NCBI GenBank assembly: GCA_904063045.1
Contig: CAJFCJ010000013.1
Span: 1,532,156-1,596,155 of the forward strand
Source of the DNA: Dimorphilus gyrociliatus
Lineage: Eukaryota > Animalia > Annelida
Length of the DNA: 64,000 nucleotides
Direction: 5' to 3'
The notes beneath the pieces are model-generated. The model worked only from the letters and a program-made list of their open reading frames with translations, did no database searches and had not been told where the DNA came from. Position numbers and translations under genes: made by a program. This document shows, piece after piece, positions 44,648 through 55,733 of the stretch. Numbering within the stretch: position 1 is the stretch's first letter; every line of letters begins with the position of its first letter.

Positions 44648-44893
44648 ATTTTTTAGAATCAAATACAATCGGTATTCTGTCGAAAATCTTTAATAATAAA
44701 GATAATTTTTATGTTTGATATCAATACGTCGTTATAATATCGTTCTGATAGATAATTGGTCAATTCGTAGGTCATTGACCGACTTTGACCCTAAGATTTT
44801 CTGCTAAAAAATATTAAAGAATATTTAGATTAGTTTTAAAAAAAATAATCATGTTAAATAATATTTTATTTCGAAAAACTAATTACATTCTTT

Positions 44894-44918
44894 TGCGCAT
44901 GCGCAGTGAAAGCACGTG
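44894..44918. promoter_or_regulatory. Perfect NRF1/EWG palindrome plus canonical E-box in the PNPLA2/orphan shared promoter
   Basis: TGCGCATGCGCA at 44894-44905 and CACGTG at 44913-44918, in very AT-rich DNA. Confidence 0.65.
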
Positions 44919-45177
44919 TGGTCAATTTTTCATCCATGTAGCAGATACAATACTATTTTGTGCGTGAATTGATGCTTAACGTCTTTTTCTACGAATTAAA
45001 CGTGCTGAGCTATCGTATTTTGCATACGATGCGCTGAATTTTAATCTGCTAGTCAACCTTAAAAACAAGTTATTTTATTTTCTACTACTGCTCAAGTTTC
45101 TTCGGCCTTGAAGGTGACTGTACTATTTTGTTTACATGCTCAGTTTACGTTTTTCAATCCTCATAGATTATGCATAA

Positions 45178-45789
45178 ATGGATAAAGAAAAGGAAAAATC
45201 GAGGAGGATTAGCCTTATTTTACCACTGAAGTGGCCGAAACGTCCTACAAATGCGAAATTGTTTTCAAAATTGCTGCGTAGCCGTTCAGATAGTTCTGTA
45301 ACATGCACTGCCAAACCAGCTAAAAGAAAATTTTGTCGAATCATAAAGAACGCTGAATCCGAAGGAGAAGAATTTGAGAATCCTCACGTGATCCGTAAAT
45401 ATACAAAAGATTTTGTTGAGAAGCAGCAAACCGAGTGTTGGGAAGCCAGAAAATATCATTCATTAGACGAAAGACCGTACGAAATTACCGGCGTTGATCA
45501 TCCTATTCTAAAGAGACAAGTCTCTCTTGATTTAGAGGATGTACACCACGAGAATACCGAAAGACATGCCCACTTTAGTGAACATGTTGACGTATTCGAT
45601 ACGGTAAGGAAAAGGGTACAACACGAGCCCCTAAGCGATGAGAAATGCCCCGAATGCGGTAGATATGTTCACGATGATCGTTGTTCATCAAGAGAGGGAT
45701 CTGTAGAAGTATCACCAGCAGTCTCAGAATGCTCAGAAGACGTCATAGAAGAAACATCTAAAAAATTAATGGATCTCGAAATAAGGTAA
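45178..45789 (+). CDS. Orphan protein unit A (203 aa), possibly exon 1 of a two-unit gene
   Basis: A clean ATG ORF that shares ordered motifs with ORF 46702-47142. Its stop codon lies inside a consensus donor (AG|GTAAT). Confidence 0.8.
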   Translation: MDKEKEKSRRISLILPLKWPKRPTNAKLFSKLLRSRSDSSVTCTAKPAKRKFCRIIKNAESEGEEFENPHVIRKYTKDFVEKQQTECWEARKYHSLDERPYEITGVDHPILKRQVSLDLEDVHHENTERHAHFSEHVDVFDTVRKRVQHEPLSDEKCPECGRYVHDDRCSSREGSVEVSPAVSECSEDVIEETSKKLMDLEIR

Positions 45790-46673
45790 TATAAAAAAAC
45801 AAAACAAGAAAGGAAAGGGAATCGATTAGTCTCTACTTGAATGTAACATAATAATAAAAAAATCTAGGTTAAACGAAAGAAAAACAGAATACAAATATAG
45901 GCTTAGTGGAAAGAATAAGAAATAACAAGAATATTTAAACTACTAAAACGTCCTAATCGTCATTGAAATAGGATTTATTTTTGGAAAAAATCCATATTCA
46001 TTTAAATATCACCAAGTAGGTTTATAGTAGAAACTTGTACAAATGACGTTTCTCTTATTGAATCGTTGAATCGATACAATCCAGTTGTTCTAAAAAAGCA
46101 TAGGTAATTTATAAATTAAAACATGTAAGTGTATATAAGTGAATATAAGGTATTTATTTATATATCTAATATTTGTATATAGAAACATGGATTAACTATT
46201 TAATCCTACAAAGTTAATCTATTCTCCTCTAGGTAATCTATTTTTTCTTATTTTTTTCACCTTGCCACTTAAGAAAACATGCTTTTCTTTTTGACTATAT
46301 CGTCTGCACTCATTAATTGTAATTTATATATTTTTCTTGATAGCTTAAAATTGCTGTACTTATTCTGTATCCGCATCATCAGAAAGCACGTTCACTTATT
46401 CTATAGAGAACCATCGTTATTCTTTGAAAATCTTACTCTCAAAGAGAATAATATAGTGATTTCCTATAATATATACAGTATATATTTAAGCTACAAAAGT
46501 AAACCTTGTACGTTTTTTTCTTTAGCTTTCTATGTTGAATTTTCCATTTTTTACATATGACATTAAAGATAATTAAGAAAGTAGATGGCGCTTCAATTTG
46601 CATTACATATATATGCTGTAAATATATATGATTATGTGTAATATATAATCTAATCAACAATTATTCCCCACAG

Positions 46674-47142
46674 GAAATATGACCTTGACGAGGGTAAATC
46701 AATGAGGAAGCGATCTAATACTTTTGATCTTCATCATCTGGGATCTTTCGGTAGACTACCTAAACTCACTAATATATTCAAATCCTTTCGTTCAAGATCA
46801 GAAACAACGTTATTCTCAAAGTGTTCACCAGGAGTCTCTCCGGCAACTAGACGAAGACGTTTTGTACGAGTAGTACGAGACGACTCGTATCCGATAGAGT
46901 GTAAAAACGAGCATGTTATAAGAAAGCTGGCCGAACCAACATGGGGTTCTACAGAGTGGGTTGGTCCCTTACCATACACTGTGGATGCTGATATGCATAC
47001 AATACTTAAGAAACAAGGAAGTGCAGATTGCGGAAATCATCCTTTGAAACACGCAAGATTTTCTCAAAGTGTAGAAATTGTTGAATTAGATGATACAGAG
47101 AAAAAGAACATAAAATATGAAAATATGGATATGGCTGACTAA
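46674..47142 (+). CDS. Orphan protein unit B (146-156 aa), a paralogous repeat of unit A; either exon 2 or a tandem paralog
   Basis: Acceptor ccccacag at 46673, with the frame open from the acceptor (KYDLDEGKS) into ATG 46702. Motifs RSRSE, NEHVIRK, HTILKKQGS and KHARFS. Confidence 0.8.
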
Positions 47143-48083
47143 GGATGCTTTTAATTTATTTATTTTATTATATTATATACAATATATCATTTTAATCTTC
47201 TTTGAAAGATGAAGATACTTTTAATTTCAGTCTTCTGTATGCAAATCGCATGGTGCTTGTGTTATCGAATCTCTTATATATATATATCTCCCCTCTCTTT
47301 ATCTTCATGTGTTTTTATACACATACAGTATATCTATATTAATATTAGTTCATACTATATCTTTGAAGCAGGAAAGACTGAAAAAATTTTAAAAGATGTG
47401 TATACAATACTATATGTGTCGATTATATACAAATGTAATATATTTATATACACTATATACACGTATATAAAATATTCCATTTTGCTTTTACTACATATTT
47501 TATTGTATGTTTATTGATATAATTTATTTTAATAAGCGTATTTTATGCGTGTAAATGATATTGTTGTCAAAAATTAATGAAACAGTTCAGATTTTTAGCC
47601 TAATAGATTAAATAAAAGAGTTTATAAAAAAGATCTTTCTCTATATATAATATTACAAAAACTTGCATATTTTAATAAGAATGAATTAAAATAAGCTCGG
47701 CTCAGTATTTCTAATATGATAAAAGAAGATTGGAATTGTAATATTGCGCCAATATTTATGCTACACTCCGACAGTAGACTATATATATAGGTAGTAAAGC
47801 GAGAAGAGGTGAGATGTTTAGCTTGGGATGTTGTCATTGGTAACAGTAAATTTAATTAAATTTTATATTAGAAGAGAGTAAATTTGACAAACAGAACGTT
47901 ATTGTTATTGAGGAATTTTTCTTTTTTCTTTCTCATTGCAATATATAAAGTATATGCAACAGCAATTGCAGATTAGCACTTGTTTACAATTAATTAAATC
48001 ATATATACTAATTAACAATTTACGTAAAAGCCGATATGACTCTTAATATGTAAATAAAGATATATAGTTTGTTACGCGCATGC

Positions 48084-48121
<38 letters not shown>

Positions 48122-48268
48122 ATGTATAGGGAGAAGATCGTGGGTGGAGGGGTGAAGGTTAAATGGGGGATTCTCGAAGAATATATACTATTAAATGCGG
48201 ACAAGTTGTCGAGGTAAGTGGTATACAAACAACTAACAGTTTATTATTTATGTAAGTGTTAGAGTTAC

Positions 48269-49992
48269 TTATAGAAATTGTGTATTGTAATGGAAATTTA
48301 CCCTTTGCAATCTACGAATACCGCCTCTGTAAGAAGCATGAGCACCCATTCTTTTGGATAGTTTGGAAATTAATTCGTCATCCTTTCTTATATGTTCTGC
48401 GTCCATTTTAGCTTGTAGTCTTGCGTACTTGTGATAAAGTTGAAAACTGTTTGCAATAACAGGTATTGGTAAGCCAGTTGCCAAAACTCCAGATAACGCG
48501 CAAATGGATCCAACAATATAGCCCAAAAGTGATGTTGGAAATTGATCACCGTAACCGACCGTAGTCATAGTTACAATACTCCACCATAAACCAACTGGTA
48601 TATTCTCGAAAGTATCAGGTTCGTTTAATTCAGCGTAATAAATCATAGTTGAGAAGATAATAGCTCCGATGAACAGGAGTAGAACCAATAGAAGAAGTTG
48701 TGTGGCGGAAGACTTTACAGCTAAATACATAAGTCTAACGCCTCTATGCCTTCTGACCAACTTTAGAACCCTTATTGCACGAAAAACCGATGTCAAAGAG
48801 AGAACGCAGTATCCTATAAAAATATTATGTCGAACCCATAAAGTGCTATCGAGGAAGTCGGTTGTCGTCAGAACAAACATTGGTAAGATGCTTTTTTTTT
48901 ATAAAAAAAAAACAAATAAAAAAGTAATATAATCGGATTTTATCATATAATAATAATTGCCTCTTATTTCTTTCTTTATATTTAGTATATATACTGTATA
49001 TATTATATATACATATACAACTATATACGTATGTTTAGTATGTTTGTATGTTTGATAGGATTAATAATTTTTAATGATAAAATCCGACCTAAGTAAGTCG
49101 AGAACGTTGAAGAAAGATTTAAAAAATATCCTTTTCACCGGACAAACAATAAACCGTAATAAGATTTCGCAACTGAAGATAAAAGTGCATATATAATCCA
49201 TATAGATAAGAGAAGGATGAGCCCTAGTTGTTATTAACATTTTCAACTTGTTATTAGTCATATTTAATAGATCCTGCCTTATCGACGAGATATACTGATA
49301 TTCTTTTGAAGGAAGGGGAATTCTACATTTAGGATGAGTTTCTAAACAGAGAATAATAAGCGATATAATAAGTAGACTGACGTAGAAGTGCGCCCAAAGC
49401 TAGAAGAAAGAAAGCAAAAATTGAGGGAAAATAAGATATATCTTATTGAATTTAATATAAAAGAATTGAAGGAAAACCCTATTATATAATGTACCTTAGC
49501 TGACAAAGAAGAGGGAGGCTCTTCTAAGAATTTCCAGACTTTATACTTCCATTGTTCCAAAACAGTTGCGTTTGAGAGATTTCTTCTAGTTGAATTAGAT
49601 GTTTTTAAGCTTTTCTCAACGTTTAATAACGTATTTCTTTCTTCCGCGTACTCGTTATAAGTTCTCCAACAACAGGGAGCTATATGATCGGTACTGATCT
49701 TCCAAAATCTTAATTCAGCTTCTATCAACGGACCGCAAGTATCATGCGGAAAATGTAATTCTCCAGTTCTGTAAAAGTCCAAAACAAAATGGAAAAGATA
49801 AGGGTTCCTATCGAAGAAGTACTCTCCAGTAACCGTTTCGTAAGAGACATCGGAGGCCGTTAATTGTCCTAGCCTCGATGCTGGTAACGAGTTTAGAGTC
49901 GAATAGTAAGTTACAAACTTTTGGCCGCCAACATTCAACGTCACTCTTTCGCGCTTTAGCATCTTCTTGGTGCGAGGGTAAACCGACGCCAT
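48269..49992 (-). CDS. Voltage-gated K+ channel, divergent Shaw/Kv3-like
   Basis: T1 domain LNVGG...FFDRNP...CGPLIEAELRFW...PCCW, pore WWSIVTMTTVGYGD, S6 LPIPVI. Three coding exons, approximately 49992-49494, 49399-49091 and 48890-48269. Confidence 0.92.
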
Positions 49993-52734
49993 ATTTACTT
50001 AGTAATCAGTTCTGTATACAAAATTAACAAATCGAAGACGTTAGGATGAATATTAATTAAATCTTAAACAGAATGGTATTCATCCTATCAGTTTACTTAC
50101 AAAATTAGCTTATTTTTAATGAAAAGTTCTAAAAATAAAGTTAAATAAAACATGTGGAACGTTGGAGAAAAAAAACTCTTTTTTTTTTGTTAAATTTTTA
50201 CAGTTTTTGCAGTTTTTGCAGTTTTACTTTTTTTGTTGAAAATTATAAAACACTTTTACAAATTATTTTAAAAAAGACGCATAATAAGGGAAAAAACGTG
50301 CAATTTTTAGAAAGTATGTTCATTATAGGGGTAGCGATGAGGATGAAGGCGTCGATGATAGAGAGATATCGGGATGAATATCCGCTTACCTAATGCGAAA
50401 AAACAAATAGATTACAGATATAGATATATAGACACTTTTGAAACATGAGAGATGAGTGACTCCCTTCTTTCAAAGAATGGATTAAAGGGATTAGAGAAAC
50501 ATTTATTTTTTCTAATTCAATATTTTTATCATGCATAACACTCAGAATTATAATAAAATACTTAAATATAAACCTATAATAAAGGTTGTCAGGATGAATA
50601 TATTAATAATCCCAGCAGTTTATAAGTGAATTTATCTGCATTACTGCCGCAGACGAACTGCATCATTCTCATTTTATCTTTATCTTTGAAAACAATCTAG
50701 TTTATTTATCAGTGCAGCATTTTTCGCTTTAGTGCTTAGTTTACGCGGTTTTTTATTCTGATTAGGATTGATGCCGTTACGAGGCTTTACAAACAAGCCG
50801 CCTTTACAGATTATATTTGCAAACAGTTTATTTAGATTTTGAATATACAACTGTCTCTCTGTTTTATCATCAGCTTATGCGACCTTTGGATTAGTTAGTT
50901 TATTTCTTCAGATAAGAGGAAAGGAGGAAGATGAGCATGAGGAAGAGGAGGAGGAGGAGAAAGAGGAAGTAATTATTTTCCTATAGATGGCACCAGGTAT
51001 GTCAATTTTTATAATCATATATAATATGAGGATTGCACAGGTTATTATATTTTATATATAGCAGTAGTTTGCCACTTTTATTCTTCTACCTTTAAGAGGA
51101 AGCAGGAGCAAGAAAGGAAGAAAGAAACAAGAGAGAAAGATATATATACATATATATACTGTATATTTAAAAGAGATAGAGAAAGATAATATTAAACAGA
51201 GAGCATAGAGCTAGACGTCATTAATAGTGAGAGCACCTTATCAACTAGAATATTTAATAAGTATATTGAAAATAGTACTTTTCTTAAGAAATTCTTATCT
51301 CAAATAAATACAAATATATGAAAAATATAGAAAAGGTATATCTTCTTGTTTTTTTAAAAAAAATTTTTCTTTATAAAACTTTCTTCTAAAATATATTTAT
51401 ATTGACATTCTATGTAGCAAATTTTTTTTTTATATAGAAATAACGATCTTTTATGTTCGCATCTAATATGCTACATTAAATATATACTGAGAAAAAAATC
51501 TACATATATACATATATATGTAGTGTATACGAGCAAGCGGAGATTTGTGTTTTTAAAAAAAAATGTCTATATATATATATATATATATGTATATAGTATA
51601 TGATACCTAATTAAATAATCTACAAATAAAAATTACAATAAAGACTATTATTATTTTTTTTTACTCTAATTGTAATAATAAATAGGCCTAATTTACAAGT
51701 TTAATAATCATATATCTTAATATATATATATATATATATACTGTATATATATTCTTTTAAAATTAAACATAAATATACTAATACTTAATGCTTTCTTAAC
51801 ATTCTCACCTATATATTAAAATTAAAAACTATAGATTTAAATAGCGAAGAGAGACATATTGATAGAAAGAAGAGAAGAGGAACAGAAGAAGGAATATATA
51901 TGTATATCAATTGGATAAAAAAAATTTTTAAATTATATCTGTTCGAATCGAACGAAATAACGAGTGGTAAGAAGATGTGTGAACAGCTGTTAAAAAAAGT
52001 TCAATCGATTTTCAAAACGCACAATCTGACCGTCATATTTCGTGTTTTAATTGTACAGGCGTATTCTATTAATATTTACAGATACGTTCGATAACAGTCA
52101 ATGCTTTTTTTTTTCTTCTACTCTTTTTTCCATTCCTTTTCTTATATAGAATCTTATTATTTTAAGCTTTTCTTTTAATTATATACCTTTTCTTTGTATT
52201 GGTATTAATTTGAAAGTTTTATGATTCTAAATCATTTGAGTATTAATGTAACAAAATGTTTGCATCTGGTATTGTAAGTAAAATTTGGAGAGAGAGACAG
52301 AGAGAGACAGAAAGGGAGTACCAATATACAGAACTATTCTATATATATATATATATGTGTGTAAGAGTTGAGAAAGAATAGTTCTGACAATTGTAACGCT
52401 ATACAAAGGTAAATTAACGGGTCAAATATCTACTTCTGCCTATATACTTTTATGTATATTTTCTCCTCTTTCCTCTTTTACTCTTCTTCCCCTCCCCTCA
52501 GTTTTTGTGATATTTTTATATTTATTTTCTCTTCTACTTTACTATTGCTATTCTCTTTTTTATTTTCTAGATATGTATATAGTATATATATAGTATATAG
52601 TGTGTATACAGTATACAGTGTATATACAGTATACAGTATATAATCCGTATATACACTTTTAATACCTTTAATATATATATATATTCTCTTTTATTTACCT
52701 ATACAGCTCTTTTAGTATAAGTAAGAAATATTTT

Positions 52735-52798
52735 AGCCATGCTGGCTAGTGTGGACATGAATATTTATAAATGCACATGGCAGTTTAGCATAACAGCT
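52735..52798 (+). ncRNA. Candidate pre-miRNA with miR-277-type seed in the 3' arm
   Basis: An imperfect hairpin ~80 nt upstream of the miR-278 precursor. The 3' arm starts TAAATGCAC (52768), identical to the first 9 nt of miR-277, and is divergent thereafter. Confidence 0.4.
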
Positions 52799-52875
52799 GT
52801 GTTTTTAAGATCGATTATATCTGTATGAAGGAACTGAGGATCATTCTATGCTGTTAGTTTGTGAAAGGAACATCT

Positions 52876-52958
52876 CTTTCCGCCATTTACGGATGAAAGC
52901 TCTTTCCAATCGAAAATTTCTATGATCGGTGGGACTTTCGTTCGTTTGTGGTTGAAAG
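52876..52958 (+). ncRNA. mir-278: microRNA miR-278 precursor (mature 3p at 52926-52947)
   Basis: Mature TCGGTGGGACTTTCGTTCGTTT differs by 1 nt from Drosophila miR-278-3p. The 5' arm ACGGATGAAAG pairs with it, the lower stem is ctttc/gaaag, and a CNNC motif sits 16 nt downstream. Confidence 0.95.
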
Positions 52959-53213
52959 CCATCGTCTTTCTTTTGCTTGTTTGAATTAGTTAAATTGAAA
53001 ATTTACCTTTTTTCTAGTGTATAAACTTTATATAAATATGATATTGTATTTATTTATATATTTATACATTTAAATTTTTGTAAATCTAAATGTTTAATTT
53101 ATTTATATTCACAAAAGCCAAAGGTAAAAGAAAATATCAAATGGAGATCAAAGAAAAATAAAGAAAAAACTGGGCATGAAGACATTCTCTACTCATCAAA
53201 GTGAACTGAATTA

Positions 53214-55733
53214 TCATGCAAGCATAATAGAAATCTTACAAGAAAGATAGAGAATCAAGGGCAAGAAGTTGGAAATCAAATTCTCGCCTGAAGATCGTAA
53301 AAAGAAATTAATAACTTGAGCAGACATGTTGTTACTTTCAGCGACGTTTACTTCCGTTTCTTGTGTAATAAAACCAGGTTTGACAACCTATAAAAATATA
53401 GGACATTGTAATCTTTTTTGAAAAAAAAAACTGAAATACATGTATATAAATTACATTTTATGCAAATGAAGTATTGTGTTCACTAATTAAATTAAAGTTA
53501 GAATATAAATTTTTCTTTTTGAAGTAATTTAAAATACTAGAAATATAAAGAGAGAAAGAGAAAGAGAGAGAGAAAGAAGGAAAAGGTGATAAAATAAATT
53601 TTGAAACTTTGAGTCCTGCTATTTTTATGTAGTTATAGGAAAGAGCTTTCTCAATTTCGCAAATATAAACTCCATGTTTCTCCTTTATTCTCTTTGTAGA
53701 ATCTTTGCGTATACTCTATTCTACATAAAAATTCTAGCAAAGGCTTCTCCGCTCTAAAAAATATTCCACTCTATACTAGAAAATTCTATTAATAACGTTA
53801 TATTTAAACGTGCTGCGCATCAATTAATAACAAACTGTATTTCTAGTGGAACGATAAATCCTAACATCGGTGAGTTATATTGTTATTATTGTTATTGTTA
53901 TACGACGATTCTAGTTACATTAATCCTTAATACAAACCTTAATAATATATGTCCCAGGCAGTAGGAGGCGCCAATATTCACCTAATTTGCTTGTTTCTAC
54001 ATATGTCGATCTGTAATTTACGAAAATCTTGGCTCCATCTATTGGCAGCTTTGTATTTTCTTCAAAAACGGTTCCCTTAATGCCTTTTTAAATATAGATT
54101 AAATAACGGTAACAATTTATTTTGTTACATGAGAAAATTCTTTTTTGTAATTTATAAATAAATGAAAGTTGGAATAATTTATTTACCTATATGTGATTTT
54201 TGTAGGAAGATAATTAAAGAGTTTTTGTGACGCTGCCAAAGAGATGGTAAATCGGAAGCGTTTGGAAATTTACAGCATGACATTTCTATTGTTAATTCAA
54301 ATGTTTTATGGACTATGTAGTTGTAATCTTGCATACCGCCTAAAAGGTGAAAGACAAATATACTGTAAAAATAATAGCTATTATATCTCGAAAACAAAAA
54401 AACTAAATAGTATTGAAACGCACCGACTATTGGATACCAAGCCGCACCATTTGTTATTCCTTCATCAAAATTCTCGAAACTATTACATTTAAAATCTGCC
54501 TTTGACACCGGTAGAGAATTTGCATAGACTCTTGAAAGATGAGTGAAAATATCGTTATCCGGTGTAAGATATTCTTTAGATGGGCCATTATCTATGGCAT
54601 TAGGGTAACTATCATAAGGATAGGAGACAACTAGAGCACCACCGTGAAAATTTGCCGATAAAACAAATTTTTCAGTTTCAAGCCATTTCATTATTGACCT
54701 GGAATGTGATTTAGTTATAGAGATGTTAAATACTTATTATTTCTTTTTTACTACACTTCTTTCTAAAAAGTAAATTACTAATTTAAACAAAAATTATCAA
54801 TAATTGTTTCGCTTTAAAGAGATTAAAATAACAGAATCACATTCCTAGTTTCGGGCTGTAAATTACTTTGAGATTTAGGTACAATCTTATCAGGGAAGTT
54901 ACGATTAAGATCCTCTTTGTTACTATTATATCTGCCTCCAACTCCAGTGCAACTGTGTAATTCCATATTAGATATTGACTTTTCCATGCCATCGGGGTTC
55001 ATTGTTGGCATTATATGTATTCTTGTTTTATTTAATAATAAACCTATTGTAGTGTTTGTTGAGTAAGATGATAACAAGAAGTTAGCTAATTCCAATAAAA
55101 TTTCTTTACTAACAATCTATAAAGTAATAGAAAAATCATGAAAGTCTATAATAATGATAAACCCCTATCCCCCTCCCCACCACCTTCCTCTCCTCCTTTT
55201 TTATAGTCTTAATTGCATTTTATACAATAAATATCAAGCTATATTGCAATGCTCTCAAGATTCAAAAAAAGGCGGTTTTACAATATGTATACAGGAAATG
55301 TATTGAAACATTTTTTTTTTATAAAAACATGATTACCTCATTTCCATGAATGTTACCAATATATTTAACATCCGGAATAAGATATTGGTGTTTTTTAGCA
55401 TATTTACCTAGAGCTATAACGTATAGTTCCCTACCTATATTTAAATAAAAAATAAGTATTTATATATTCAATGTAGATATATTTTGCCTGCTAAAGACAA
55501 CAATTTACCACCTTCTACTGAATTTCCAATGCTGTATAAATGACTAATATCAGAATATAAATTAGATAATTTTTTAAGTTCGTTGCTAGTTTCTTCAAAT
55601 TTTCTATAATTCTTTAATAATGCAGTAGCAGTAATAAAATGCATACATATAACTGTCAAAAAGATATATAGATATACAAGTTATTAACCATAATACTATT
55701 GTAATAAATTATACCTAAAACGGTCGTTTTCAT
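53214..55733 (-). CDS. CPM: Metallocarboxypeptidase M14B, single-domain, carboxypeptidase M-like, probably GPI-anchored
   Basis: Signal peptide MKTTVLVICMHFITATA. Catalytic motifs HGNE, DLNRNFPD, SANFHGG and TIEMSCCKFP. Transthyretin-like GEYWRLLLPG. The last exon ends in a hydrophobic tail (LISNFLPLILYLSCKISIMLA*). Confidence 0.88.

Noticed and set aside
47209-48228. Ile/Tyr-rich ORFs here, and similar ones at 46279-46660, 52452-52643 and 59015-59251
   Set aside because: They are translations of TA/CT microsatellites and AT-rich UTR or intron DNA, with no protein signal.
51940-51956. GTTCGAATC T-loop-like motif
   Set aside because: No tRNA cloverleaf or A-box can be built around it.
52322-52393. 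12-bp perfect inverted repeat cagaactattct/agaatagttctg upstream of the miRNA cluster
   Set aside because: The loop is a TA microsatellite and the stem is too short for a pre-miRNA. No known mature sequence is present.
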